Shown: positions 1 through 9,199 of the stretch, piece after piece | Layout: each line of letters begins with the position of its first letter | Numbering within the stretch: the first letter of the stretch is position 1 | Translations under genes and position numbers: made by a program | Notes under the pieces: generated by a model | The model's input: the letters and a program-made list of their open reading frames with translations, nothing else | What the model was told of the DNA's origin: nothing | Databases searched by the model: none | DNA from: Bacteroidota bacterium | GTDB lineage: Bacteria > Bacteroidota > Bacteroidia > Bacteroidales > UBA7960 | NCBI GenBank assembly: GCA_037441525.1 | Contig: JBBISA010000001.1 | Location: 151,198 to 215,197 of the forward strand | Reading direction: 5' to 3' | Length of the DNA: 64,000 bases

Positions 1-269
1 AGGATAAAACGTTAGTAAAAATCAACAACAAATTTAGAAATTTGCCAGGCTATGTGTTCAGGGTTTATACGTCATTTAAAGCAGTGTTTCACTGAATTTT
101 ATAGCTTGTCTTAATTTAGGATCAACCTAATGACAATACAACAAAACACCAATTGATTGCAATGTGTGAAGGTCTTAAAACTTAATAAAATCATTTTCCG
201 GAAAAAGAAAAACCGTAAAAAATGGACAGACCATTACAATATTTCAACGAAAAAGGCTCAGTTTTCTCT

Positions 270-680
270 CTAATGCGGTTCTTTCATAAATTTTTCAAGG
301 GATTGTTCTCCAAAATAATCCTTGAACTGATCGGTAACACTTTTTACCATACCTCCCATTAAGCACTTATCAAATGGGCAAATCTGACGGTCGAGTGGAC
401 ATTCAGGTGAGTCAATTTTTCCCTCGATAGCTTCATAAATATCTAAGAGAGTGAGACTTGCAGGATTTACATTAAGCACAAATCCACCACTTGGTCCTCT
501 TACAGACCGAAGGTAGTTTTGCTTAACGAGCTGTTGCAGCACTTTTGCCAGGTGATTTCGTGAAGCGCCCATTTCACGGGCAATAATATTAACATTGATA
601 TGCGAATCTGATTGAGCTATCAGAACCATCGCATGAATTGCCAGAGATGCTGCTTCAGAAAGGTGGACTATTTTTGCCAT
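270..680 (-). CDS. Rrf2/BadM-family transcriptional regulator, probably Fe-S binding
   Basis: 136-aa ORF. It has an N-terminal winged-helix region typical of Rrf2 (SRNHLAKVLQQLVKQNYLRSVRGPSGGF). A C-terminal Cys triad, CPLDRQICPFDKC (C-x6-C-x4-C), resembles the IscR/NsrR cluster ligands. Confidence 0.85.
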   Translation of the reverse strand: MAKIVHLSEAASLAIHAMVLIAQSDSHINVNIIAREMGASRNHLAKVLQQLVKQNYLRSVRGPSGGFVLNVNPASLTLLDIYEAIEGKIDSPECPLDRQICPFDKCLMGGMVKSVTDQFKDYFGEQSLEKFMKEPH

Positions 681-748
681 AGTATGCGGTAATTCTTTAA
701 TTGTGGATACAGATATGTATAAGTGATTTGATTATTCTAAATTAGTAA

Positions 749-1000
749 TCAGAAAGCCATTTTCCTGACCATTACATCATTCATCTGAAGTATTTCATTT
801 TCAAGTCTGAGGCATTCTTCCCTGTCGCCCATTAGTTCGAGCAGAATTAATCCTGCACTGCCCTGGTTGGGAATATCGAGCTCGTTCAACCCAATACGGG
901 TTTTAATAGTGCAACCATACTTACTGAAAATTTTCTGAAGTTTCAGTGCATTTTTTTCTCTTTCTTTTACCAGTACCCCCAGTATAACAAGCTGTTCCAT
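749..1000 (-). CDS. TM1266-like small putative iron-only hydrogenase system regulator (ACT/NikR-C-like fold), paralog B
   Basis: 83-aa ORF with the pattern ILGVLV...TRIGLNEL...GLILLEL.GD...C..L. This matches my recollection of the TM1266 family found next to hydEFG genes. It lies next to hydG. Confidence 0.65.
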   Translation of the reverse strand: MEQLVILGVLVKEREKNALKLQKIFSKYGCTIKTRIGLNELDIPNQGSAGLILLELMGDREECLRLENEILQMNDVMVRKMAF

Positions 1001-1046
1001 AGTTTATTGTGTTTAGGTTAAAAGATTTAGTGCCTGTATTAGGGTT

Positions 1047-1298
1047 TCAGAGCTTGCTGAATTGCATTGTTTTTACTTCTACTCCACCAATGAATTCAAG
1101 TTCCTTTTGAAGCTGATTGCATTGGTCAGGGTCGCCCTGCAACACAAGGAGTATTGTTCCTACCCGGCTGCATCTTTCACGCGATAATTCATGAAATCCC
1201 AATCTTGTTCGGATTAATGATCCGTAACGGGTTAAAACTTCCTGAGTTCTTCCTGCTTCCTTTATGCGGTCGTAGACCATTATTCCCAATATTTTCAT
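1047..1298 (-). CDS. TM1266-like small putative iron-only hydrogenase system regulator, paralog A
   Basis: 83-aa ORF, the same length and the same conserved pattern as 749..1000 (ILGIMV...TRLGFHEL...GTILLVLQGD...C..L). It lies directly downstream of hydG. Confidence 0.65.
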   Translation of the reverse strand: MKILGIMVYDRIKEAGRTQEVLTRYGSLIRTRLGFHELSRERCSRVGTILLVLQGDPDQCNQLQKELEFIGGVEVKTMQFSKL

Positions 1299-1545
1299 GC
1301 GAATAAAATTAGTTTAAGTTATTGGTAAGATAGCTTGTCCATCTGGTGCACTAAATGGCCTTATTAATTCTTTTTTCTGCCTGTAGAAAAGTATGTTTCA
1401 TTCGAAAATAGTTTTAATGTGGCATAATTGAACCCGCATGATAAAGTTTTATCCATACTCGCTTTTGGCGAATCATGCCCGTTTTCTGTCCATTGCAAGG
1501 TTTTTATCAATTTCTTTTCATTTTAGTTAAACATAATCGCACACC

Positions 1546-2973
1546 TTAGAAATACAAATCGCGCCGGCCTTCCCTGATAAACTGAAGCTTCTCTTTGAGA
1601 TTTTCTATGCTTTGATGAGCCTGCAATTCGTTAAGTTTTTCATCAATAAGTCTGTAACCTTGTTCTTTGGTTGCCGGCGGGGCATAATCTTCAAGATATT
1701 CGGCCATGGTAAGCAAGGCATTGGGCGAACAAAAACGTTTTATAAAACCCGGAACTGAAAACTCCATAAAGTGTTCGCCGGTTCTGCCAAGACGATAACA
1801 TGCAGTGCAGAATGAAGGGATGTAACCGGTTGATATCAACTCGTCCATAATTTCGTTCAGAGAACGATTGTCGTTTATCTGGAATTGCTCCATGGTAAGG
1901 TCCTGATTTTCTCGCTTCCCTTTGGAGTAACCGCCCAATTCTAGATTAGTGCCACCATCAATTTGCGAAACGCCAAAACGTAAAACCTGATCGCGAATGT
2001 TTGCAGGTTCGCGTGCAGTAAGTATCATACCGGTATATGGCACTGCAAGGCGCAGAATAGAGACAAGCCTTACAAACTCATCATCCTTTACAAGGTGGCT
2101 ATGGTCGATGTTAAGGTCCAGTGCATTCTGGATACGCGGAAAACTGATGGTATGAGGGCCAACATTATAAACTGCTTCGAAATGGTTTACATGTCTTACA
2201 AGTCCCATTACTTCGAAACGCCAGTCGTACAGCCCAAACAATGCCCCGATACCTACATCGTCGATACCTGCTTCCTGAGCTCGGTCGAGTGCGGTTAAAC
2301 GCCACTCATAATTGCGCTTTACTCCGCCCAGGTGAACCTTAGCATAGGTAGGTTCGTGATAGGTTTCCTGAAAAATCTGGAAGGTGCCAATTCCTGAGTC
2401 CTTTATGGTTCTGAAACCAGGAATATCGAATGGCGCGGCATTGATGTTAACCCGCCTAATTTCACCATTGATGTGTTTTACTCCATAAACAATTCGAACG
2501 GTTTCGGCAATAAATTCAGCCGAATACTTAGGATGCTCTCCATATACAAGAATAAGTCGTTTGTGCCCCTGATCAATAAGAGCAGTGGTTTCCTGTTTAA
2601 GTTGCTCCTCGTTAAGGGTTATCCTTTTCATCCCTTTGTTTTCGGACCTGAACCCGCAATACTGGCAATTGTTGGTGCATAGGTCGCCCACATAAAGAGG
2701 GGCAAACAAAACAATACGTTCGCCATAAACTTTCTTTTTGAGGGTACGTGCGCCCTCTTTGATCTCTTCTACAAGGTCGGGATCGGTGGCATTGATCAAT
2801 ATTGCTGTTTCCTCGAGGGAGAGTCTTTTCTTGTCGAGCGAAGCCTGAATAACTTCGCGAACACGACTTTTATCAGTCTTTATGGTATTAATGTAGCTCC
2901 AAATCTCATTGGGGTCGATAAAAGGTTTCATCCTTTCATCGCGAATTTTATATATTTCGGGGTGGTATATCAT
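1546..2973 (-). CDS. hydG: [FeFe]-hydrogenase H-cluster radical-SAM maturase HydG
   Basis: 475 aa. It has the radical-SAM motif CTNNCQYC (C-x3-C-x2-C). It also has the HydG-specific C-terminal motif C-x2-C-x22-C (CTACYRLGRTGEHFMEFSVPGFIKRFC), which distinguishes HydG from ThiH. The length is typical for HydG. Confidence 0.9.
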   Translation of the reverse strand: MIYHPEIYKIRDERMKPFIDPNEIWSYINTIKTDKSRVREVIQASLDKKRLSLEETAILINATDPDLVEEIKEGARTLKKKVYGERIVLFAPLYVGDLCTNNCQYCGFRSENKGMKRITLNEEQLKQETTALIDQGHKRLILVYGEHPKYSAEFIAETVRIVYGVKHINGEIRRVNINAAPFDIPGFRTIKDSGIGTFQIFQETYHEPTYAKVHLGGVKRNYEWRLTALDRAQEAGIDDVGIGALFGLYDWRFEVMGLVRHVNHFEAVYNVGPHTISFPRIQNALDLNIDHSHLVKDDEFVRLVSILRLAVPYTGMILTAREPANIRDQVLRFGVSQIDGGTNLELGGYSKGKRENQDLTMEQFQINDNRSLNEIMDELISTGYIPSFCTACYRLGRTGEHFMEFSVPGFIKRFCSPNALLTMAEYLEDYAPPATKEQGYRLIDEKLNELQAHQSIENLKEKLQFIREGRRDLYF

Positions 2974-3053
2974 GCCATTTAAGTAATTCGGTAATTAAGA
3001 TACAAAAATACGGAAATTTGATTCCAGCTTGTGTTAACATTAGTATAATTCTT

Positions 3054-3863
3054 TTAGGTTGACTGAATTTTACTGGTAGAAATTACTTCCGGGGCCAGGT
3101 AGTCAAGTTCAACAGTCAATCCGTCGTAAGCAAGAAAAACATTGGAAGGCAGGGATTGCTGTATCGTTTTATGGATTCCGATGAAGTGACTCAGATGGGT
3201 TATGTAGGCTTTCCCGGGATTGATTTCGGCTATTACTTCAAGGGCCTCTTCCAAAGAAAAGTGGCTGATATGTTTCGATTTTCGCAAGGCGTTGATAACG
3301 AGAATTTCAGAACCTTTCAATTTTTCCTTTTCCTGGGGCGAAATATAATTGGCATCGGTGATATAAGAAAAATTGCCAATGCGGAAACCAAAAACCGGCA
3401 ATCTGTGATGCAAAACTTCGATGGGCATGAACTCTACCCCTTCGGCAAAAAAACTTTCGTTGCCGATAATATGAAATTCGAGCTGGGGGGCTCCAAAGAA
3501 TCGTTTTTCGGTAAATATATAAGGAAACTCGCGATGAATGGAATCGATCACTTCCTGACTGGCAAATATGTCTACGGTTTTATTCAATACATAATTGAAT
3601 GCTCTCACATCGTCGAGACCTGCAATATGGTCGCGGTGCCCGTGGGTAAAAATAATGGCAGTAATATCATCTACTTTCTCTCTGATCATCTGATACCTGA
3701 AATCTGGGCCGCAATCGATAACAAAATTATGTCCTCCCACCTTAATAAGCACCGAAGTACGCAGCCGCCGGTCGTGGGGATCGGCACTGCTGCACACATC
3801 GCAATTACAGGCAACAACCGGCACCCCGGTTGATGTGCCGGTGCCCAGAAAAATTACTTTCAT
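3054..3863 (-). CDS. MBL-fold metallo-hydrolase (PhnP-like)
   Basis: It has the HxHxDH motif (THGHRDH) and an N-terminal GTGTSTGVP...CNCDVC motif. The start was moved to the internal ATG (MKVIFLGTG) at 3863. A paralog lies at 47825..48598. Confidence 0.8.
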   Translation of the reverse strand: MKVIFLGTGTSTGVPVVACNCDVCSSADPHDRRLRTSVLIKVGGHNFVIDCGPDFRYQMIREKVDDITAIIFTHGHRDHIAGLDDVRAFNYVLNKTVDIFASQEVIDSIHREFPYIFTEKRFFGAPQLEFHIIGNESFFAEGVEFMPIEVLHHRLPVFGFRIGNFSYITDANYISPQEKEKLKGSEILVINALRKSKHISHFSLEEALEVIAEINPGKAYITHLSHFIGIHKTIQQSLPSNVFLAYDGLTVELDYLAPEVISTSKIQST

Positions 3864-3899
3864 TTTGTTGCCTGCAATCATAATCAAGGGGTATTTGCA

Positions 3900-4871
3900 T
3901 TAATAGATTAACTCGTCAACATCTTCTCTTGCTTCAATCACTTCATCATTATCAATAGTAAAATCGTAAAATATCTCGCTCCCCTTTATTTTCTTATAAA
4001 ATAAAATTGAACCTTTTTCTCCTTCCAAATTGTGTTTGTCATACAAGAGTGAAAAATCAATTACAGGTTGTCCATTGGTTTCAGAAATTACAGTCATCGA
4101 TTTAAGCATTTTGCCATTTACCAGTAGATTGGTGGCATAAATTCCTTTGGGAGGTATCAGTTTTTCTTCTTCTTCAATGGACATATTAAAATACCTGCCC
4201 CTCGCTCCAGACAGCACAGGACTCACATTATCAGTAATATTGCCAGTTATAATGTATTGATAGTCTAGGTAAGCGTTAGCCCTCATAATATTGCCTTCGA
4301 GAAGGGCTTTTCTGATTTTGGTTGAGCTTACGGTCTCATTCTCAATATCTTTAAGCGGAATATCTTCTACCTTAAAACCCATTTTGTTGCTAAGATCATA
4401 CAGATAGGAAAAATCGCCCGAACGGTTGTAACCGAAATGGTGGTTGTGGCCCACAATAATAACTCGGGCATCCAGATGCCCGATAAGTATTTTTGTTATA
4501 AAATCGTGGGATGAAGTTTTGGAAAATTCTACCGAAAACGGTATAATGACGAGGTTATCGAGCCCGGTTTGGGAAAGCAATTCTATTTTTTCTTCCTGCG
4601 AATTAATTAGTTTTAGGTCTTTCTGGTCGGGATATAGCACCTTTCTGGGGTGCGGATGGAAAGTTACCAGGCATGAATGGCCATTGATTTCCCGGGCAAG
4701 ATGATTCAACCTGTCAATTATGGTTTTGTGCCCTATATGCACGCCATCGAACGATCCGGTTGTGACAACGGTATTTCTGATTATTCCGGCAGCTTCCAGT
4801 GTATCCTTAAAAACTTTCATGTGTGCAGGTTTGGTGGTGCATATAAAATGTTGATTCAAAGATAATTCCAT
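3900..4871 (-). CDS. ribF: Bifunctional riboflavin kinase / FAD synthetase
   Basis: It has the N-terminal nucleotidyltransferase motif GSFDGVHIGH and a C-terminal riboflavin kinase domain, at about 320 aa. Its ATG overlaps the rex stop codon (TAATG), although an internal start at 4820 is also possible. Confidence 0.9.
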   Translation of the reverse strand: MELSLNQHFICTTKPAHMKVFKDTLEAAGIIRNTVVTTGSFDGVHIGHKTIIDRLNHLAREINGHSCLVTFHPHPRKVLYPDQKDLKLINSQEEKIELLSQTGLDNLVIIPFSVEFSKTSSHDFITKILIGHLDARVIIVGHNHHFGYNRSGDFSYLYDLSNKMGFKVEDIPLKDIENETVSSTKIRKALLEGNIMRANAYLDYQYIITGNITDNVSPVLSGARGRYFNMSIEEEEKLIPPKGIYATNLLVNGKMLKSMTVISETNGQPVIDFSLLYDKHNLEGEKGSILFYKKIKGSEIFYDFTIDNDEVIEAREDVDELIY

Positions 4872-5518
4872 TAGTGATTATCGGGCTCATGCTTTACCAT
4901 GAAAGCAAGTTTTTCGAGGGATGTAATGATGTCGTATTCCACGAGGTAGATATTTTCGGGAACAGTAAGGGGTACTGAAGTATAATTAAGGATGCCTTTT
5001 ATTCCGGCATTTATAATCAATCGGGCTGCTTCGTGCGCGCCTTCGGGCGCTACAGTAAGTATAGCTATTCTGATGTCTTCCTTTGGGGCTATTTCGGCGA
5101 TTGAATGGATGTGGTGGCAGGGCACCCCGGCAATGATGCGTTTGGTTTTCTGGGTGTCATTATCGAAGGCAGCTACAATCGACAGGCGGTCTCTTTTTCC
5201 GGAAAAATAACTCGTAATGGCCCGACCCAGATTTCCCATCCCCACAATAGCCACATTCAGGGGCTTGTCACTATCTATAATACTGCCAATAAGCTTTACA
5301 AGGTCTTTGATGATGTAACCTTTACTTTGGCTTCCTGAATAGCCAATTAGCATAAGGTCGCGGCGCACCTGCACAGATGTAAGGTTCATCATTTTGGCAA
5401 GCTCATGGGAGTATACGTTGGCTTTGCCCTGGTTGATTGTGTTGTATAGTATTCTACGATATTGGCTTAACCGTTCGATAGTTTTACCGGGTAGTTCATG
5501 TATTTTTTTGGAATCCAT
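4871..5518 (-). CDS. rex: Redox-sensing transcriptional repressor Rex
   Basis: 215 aa. It has an N-terminal winged helix (ERLSQYRRIL...SHELAKMMNLTSVQVRRDL) and a Rossmann NAD(H) fold (VAIVGMGNLGRAI). Confidence 0.9.
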   Translation of the reverse strand: MDSKKIHELPGKTIERLSQYRRILYNTINQGKANVYSHELAKMMNLTSVQVRRDLMLIGYSGSQSKGYIIKDLVKLIGSIIDSDKPLNVAIVGMGNLGRAITSYFSGKRDRLSIVAAFDNDTQKTKRIIAGVPCHHIHSIAEIAPKEDIRIAILTVAPEGAHEAARLIINAGIKGILNYTSVPLTVPENIYLVEYDIITSLEKLAFMVKHEPDNH

Positions 5519-5553
5519 TTAATATTGTTTTGTGTTGAGTATGTTTTTCATAT

Positions 5554-6678
5554 TTAGTTGGCAGGAAACTTAAGGGTAAATGTACTTCCTGCATCGGGTT
5601 TGCTCTCTACCTGGATGGTGGCGTTGTATAGGTCGGCAATTTTCTTTACCAAAGAAAGGCCCAAACCTGTTCCGCTGATGTTTTTGGTTTGCTCGCTTTT
5701 TATGCGAACAAACTCTTCAAAAAGTTTTTCTATATCCTCTTCCTTCATCCCTATACCTGTATCAGTAACACTTAATAGCACCGAGTCATCGTCATCTTTT
5801 CTGATGTCTATATCTATTCGACCACCATTTTTGTTGTATTTCACAGCATTTGATACAAGATTATTGATTACAATCTCCAATTCCTGACGGTCGGCTCTGA
5901 GAGAGATATTTTCGTTGCAGTTGAGATGGATGTCAACATCTTTCTGGATACTCATGGGTTGCATGATATCAATGGATTGCCGGGCGATTTCGCTTAAAAA
6001 AACAGTTTTAATGTTGCGTGCTTTTTTGCCTGATTCGATGCGGGTAAAGTCGAGAAGATCAAGGATAAGGTTTCGCATTTCCTGCACTCTGGCCATGCTC
6101 CGGTTTATCATTTCAGTATAATCGCCCAGGTAGGGACCATTTCTTTTTTCAAGCATCAGTTTCAGGTAACCTTCAACCGCGTTGAGAGGTGATTTTAACT
6201 CGTGCGAAAGCACTGAAAGAAACTGAAAGCGTATTTGCTTGCCTTCTTGTTGCATTTTGGCGGTTATACGCCTTAAAAAGAGTTGTTTTGCAATATTTTC
6301 GAGACAACTACGAAGCTCTTTTGGGGTAAATGGTTTGGGTACAAAATCGTATGCGCCGCTTTTGGTAGCCTTTACGGCCATATCGAGTGATGCATAAGAA
6401 GTAATCATAACCACTATTGCTTCAAGGGCCTGAGAATTAATATATTCAAGAACTTCAATTCCTTGAATCCCTGGCAGTTTGTTATCGAGAAGAACTATAT
6501 CGAAAATATAGTTGTCGAGCAATTCAATGGCTTCTTCCCCGCTTTCGGCTTCATGCACTTCAAACTCAAAATCTTCATCCATAAAGGGATAGCTGACTGA
6601 AAAACTTTCCAGTATGCGCTTTATTCCACTCCTGATTCCCAATTCATCATCAACTACCAAAAGATTGAGTTTGCCCAT
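5554..6678 (-). CDS. Receiver-histidine kinase fusion (REC-HisKA-HATPase)
   Basis: The N-terminal REC domain shows LLVVDDE...DIVLLDNKLPG...KPF. The H-box is SHELKSPLNAV, the N-box is NAVKYN, G1 is DTGIGM and G2 is GTGLGL. There is no transmembrane segment and no DNA-binding domain. Confidence 0.85.
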   Translation of the reverse strand: MGKLNLLVVDDELGIRSGIKRILESFSVSYPFMDEDFEFEVHEAESGEEAIELLDNYIFDIVLLDNKLPGIQGIEVLEYINSQALEAIVVMITSYASLDMAVKATKSGAYDFVPKPFTPKELRSCLENIAKQLFLRRITAKMQQEGKQIRFQFLSVLSHELKSPLNAVEGYLKLMLEKRNGPYLGDYTEMINRSMARVQEMRNLILDLLDFTRIESGKKARNIKTVFLSEIARQSIDIMQPMSIQKDVDIHLNCNENISLRADRQELEIVINNLVSNAVKYNKNGGRIDIDIRKDDDDSVLLSVTDTGIGMKEEDIEKLFEEFVRIKSEQTKNISGTGLGLSLVKKIADLYNATIQVESKPDAGSTFTLKFPAN

Positions 6679-6687
6679 GCCAACCGA

Positions 6688-7086
6688 TTATATTTTGAGA
6701 AGTTTATTGATTTCCTTTTGCAACTGGTCCATCCTGATACCTTTATCCAGAAACATATCGGCCTTGATCCACTCCCGGTTTTCATCCGATTCCACATCGA
6801 AAAGAAGTCCTGTTTCGGCGGTTACTGCCGAAGCAATAATGATTGGAATATCGGGGTATTTGTTCTTTATAATATGGCACAGAATAAAACCTGTATCCTG
6901 GTTTTCCATCATCAAATCGAGGATAGCCAGATCGGGCTTCATTTTCTCAATAAAATCAACTGCTTCCTTTTGCGACGATGCTTCTGTTACATTAAAACCC
7001 ATATCGTTTAGCGCTATACCGAGCTGAAAAAGGTAATCTGGGTCATCGTCAACAATAAGAATTTTCTTTTTTTCTATTTTTAGCAT
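6688..7086 (-). CDS. Single-domain response regulator (REC only)
   Basis: 132 aa with KILIVDDDPD...DLAILDLMME...DKG. No output domain is present. Confidence 0.85.
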   Translation of the reverse strand: MLKIEKKKILIVDDDPDYLFQLGIALNDMGFNVTEASSQKEAVDFIEKMKPDLAILDLMMENQDTGFILCHIIKNKYPDIPIIIASAVTAETGLLFDVESDENREWIKADMFLDKGIRMDQLQKEINKLLKI

Positions 7087-7120
7087 TTTACCTTAGTTTT
7101 TACAAGTCCTTTTTATTTTT

Positions 7121-9151
7121 TTAAATTGCCCGTGCATTTTGCGCCACACGTGGCAACAAAACCATGAAGCTCGTGCCTGTTTGGCCTTTTTGCGGGTTGT
7201 CGTTTGATTCTACCTTAATATTTCCGTGGTGCATTTTCACAATTCCATAAATTATAGGCAATCCCAAACCTGTACCCTTACCGTCTTCCTTGGTAGTGAA
7301 AAAAGGTTCGAACATCCTTTCCATGTTTTCAGTCGAAATACCTGTACCAGTATCCCTGATAATAAAAACAAGTTCGTTGTCATTACCGGTAGCATCTTCA
7401 ACATTTATAGTCAACCTGCCACCCGATGGCATTGCATCAATGGCATTTTTAATCAGGTTAGAGAAAACCTGTACCATTTGATCGTGATCGCATTGTAAAA
7501 TCTGCTCCTGAGTTCTTATTTCAATAATCAGGTCGATGTTTTGGGGCATTACCAATGCTTTCATACTGTTCTTAATAAGGCTGCGGATATTTACCTCTGC
7601 AATGTCCACCTTGCTTTTTCTGGCAAAGTTAAGCAAACCGCCCACTATTTTCTTGCACCGGTCGGCCTGGTCAACAATAAGTTTCAGGTCTTTGTAATGA
7701 GGCGAATCGGGTTCAATTTCGTCGAGCAAAAGGTGGGCGTACATTATAACAACACCAAGCGGATTATTCACTTCGTGGGCAATACCCGCAGCAAGCTGGC
7801 CCATTGATGCCAGTTTTTCGCTTTGTTTAAGTGCCGCCTGGGTTGATGCCAGTTTTTTATTGCTAATATCGAGCTCTTTTATGTACTCATGCAGTTTATC
7901 GATGGTTGATGGCAGGCACATTTCGGTTTCAGCTATGCCTTTCAAAATGGCAATGGCATGTTCGTGGCACGTATCGTAGCCACATGCAGTACAGTTTAGC
8001 TCATCTTCCGGGCTTTTTATCCCAAGCCTTAACTTTACATTTTTTATTTCTTCTTCCGAAATATCAGTGCTGAACCGCTGATCGTCGGCAATAAAATAAC
8101 GGCTAAGGTCGGTATTGCGAAATTTTTCAAAATCATTTTTCCAGTTCTCTTGTCCTAACCGGGCAAACTGCCGCTTGGCAAAGTTGCTTATGCTTTTGCG
8201 CTTGAAAAAAAACTTGCTTCGATTACTCATGCCAGGTCCGTTAAAGCAGCCATTGCAGCAGAGCAAATCAAAAAGTTTCGCCTCAAGGTATCCCTCCTCA
8301 AATTCGCGCAATACTTCGGTAATGTCTTGCCGACCTTCAGCAACAACTATTTCACCGTTAAGGAAATCTTCCTCCAGATCGACAGTTTGAAGCATACCCC
8401 CACTAATGGGGAAAACAGAGCCTTTACCAGCCAATGGCGGGTCAAACTCAGATGGCTCAACTGCATCGTACTGAAGTTTTTTTTCATCGAACATTCGTCT
8501 CAGTTCAATAAATGAAATAACTTCATTCACCAACCCTTTAAACTGGTTATGTGTGGCCTCTGATTTTTTAGCAATACATGGACCAATAAATACTATTTTT
8601 AGGTCATCACCATGAATCCGCCTGAGCACTTTTGCCGTAGCTATCATGGGCGATACAATGGGAGCCAATGAGCGCACCACCTGTGGATGATGTTTCTCAA
8701 CATAGGTTACAATGGCTGGGCAACTTGTTGAAATATAAGGCTGTTTATGGTTTAATTGAAGTAAAGCTTTGTATTGATTTGCCACTAATTCAGCTCCAAA
8801 AGCAACTTCATTTACATAGTCGAATCCCAGTGCCCTTATCATTCCCACCAGTTTTTGATAGTCAGGAATATCGATAAACTCTGCAGCAATACTTGGAGCA
8901 ATTATGGCGGCCACGATGTTTTCACTCTGAATTAGCTTTTTTACACTGTCAATGGCAAACAGGAACATTTTAGCATCACGATTACATACCTTAACACAGT
9001 TTCCGCAGGCAATACAACGCTCGGGCATGATTTCGGCCTGTCCGTTCATTATACGGATGGCCTTTGCAGGGCACTCGCGAACACAGGTATAACAGACCCT
9101 GCAGCGGTCTTTTACTGTGTAAACGAGCTGGTTCTTATAGTCCATTGCCAT
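7121..9151 (-). CDS. Sensory-type [FeFe]-hydrogenase-like protein fused to a histidine kinase (HydS-like::HisKA-HATPase)
   Basis: There are two N-terminal C-x2-C-x2-C-x3-C ferredoxin motifs. The H-cluster domain has sensor-type motif variants: TSCP instead of TSCCP, GPCIAKKSE instead of MPCxxKxxE, and CCNGCFNGPG instead of MACxxGCxxGGGQP. The HydS-type extra cluster motif C-x2-C-x4-C-x16-C is present (CTACGYDTCHEHAIAILKGIAETEMC). This is followed by a coiled coil, the H-box AHEVNNPL, the N-box KNAIDA, G1 DTGTGI and G2 GTGLGL. Confidence 0.85.
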   Translation of the reverse strand: MAMDYKNQLVYTVKDRCRVCYTCVRECPAKAIRIMNGQAEIMPERCIACGNCVKVCNRDAKMFLFAIDSVKKLIQSENIVAAIIAPSIAAEFIDIPDYQKLVGMIRALGFDYVNEVAFGAELVANQYKALLQLNHKQPYISTSCPAIVTYVEKHHPQVVRSLAPIVSPMIATAKVLRRIHGDDLKIVFIGPCIAKKSEATHNQFKGLVNEVISFIELRRMFDEKKLQYDAVEPSEFDPPLAGKGSVFPISGGMLQTVDLEEDFLNGEIVVAEGRQDITEVLREFEEGYLEAKLFDLLCCNGCFNGPGMSNRSKFFFKRKSISNFAKRQFARLGQENWKNDFEKFRNTDLSRYFIADDQRFSTDISEEEIKNVKLRLGIKSPEDELNCTACGYDTCHEHAIAILKGIAETEMCLPSTIDKLHEYIKELDISNKKLASTQAALKQSEKLASMGQLAAGIAHEVNNPLGVVIMYAHLLLDEIEPDSPHYKDLKLIVDQADRCKKIVGGLLNFARKSKVDIAEVNIRSLIKNSMKALVMPQNIDLIIEIRTQEQILQCDHDQMVQVFSNLIKNAIDAMPSGGRLTINVEDATGNDNELVFIIRDTGTGISTENMERMFEPFFTTKEDGKGTGLGLPIIYGIVKMHHGNIKVESNDNPQKGQTGTSFMVLLPRVAQNARAI

Positions 9152-9199
9152 TGAGTTATTATTCTGAGCAATTCAATCGAAACGCCTTTAAATAATTGA

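Noticed and set aside
3156-3833. 225-aa ORF on the plus strand.
   Set aside because: It lies entirely antisense to the well-supported MBL hydrolase gene. It has low-complexity composition and no recognisable motif, so I treat it as a shadow ORF.
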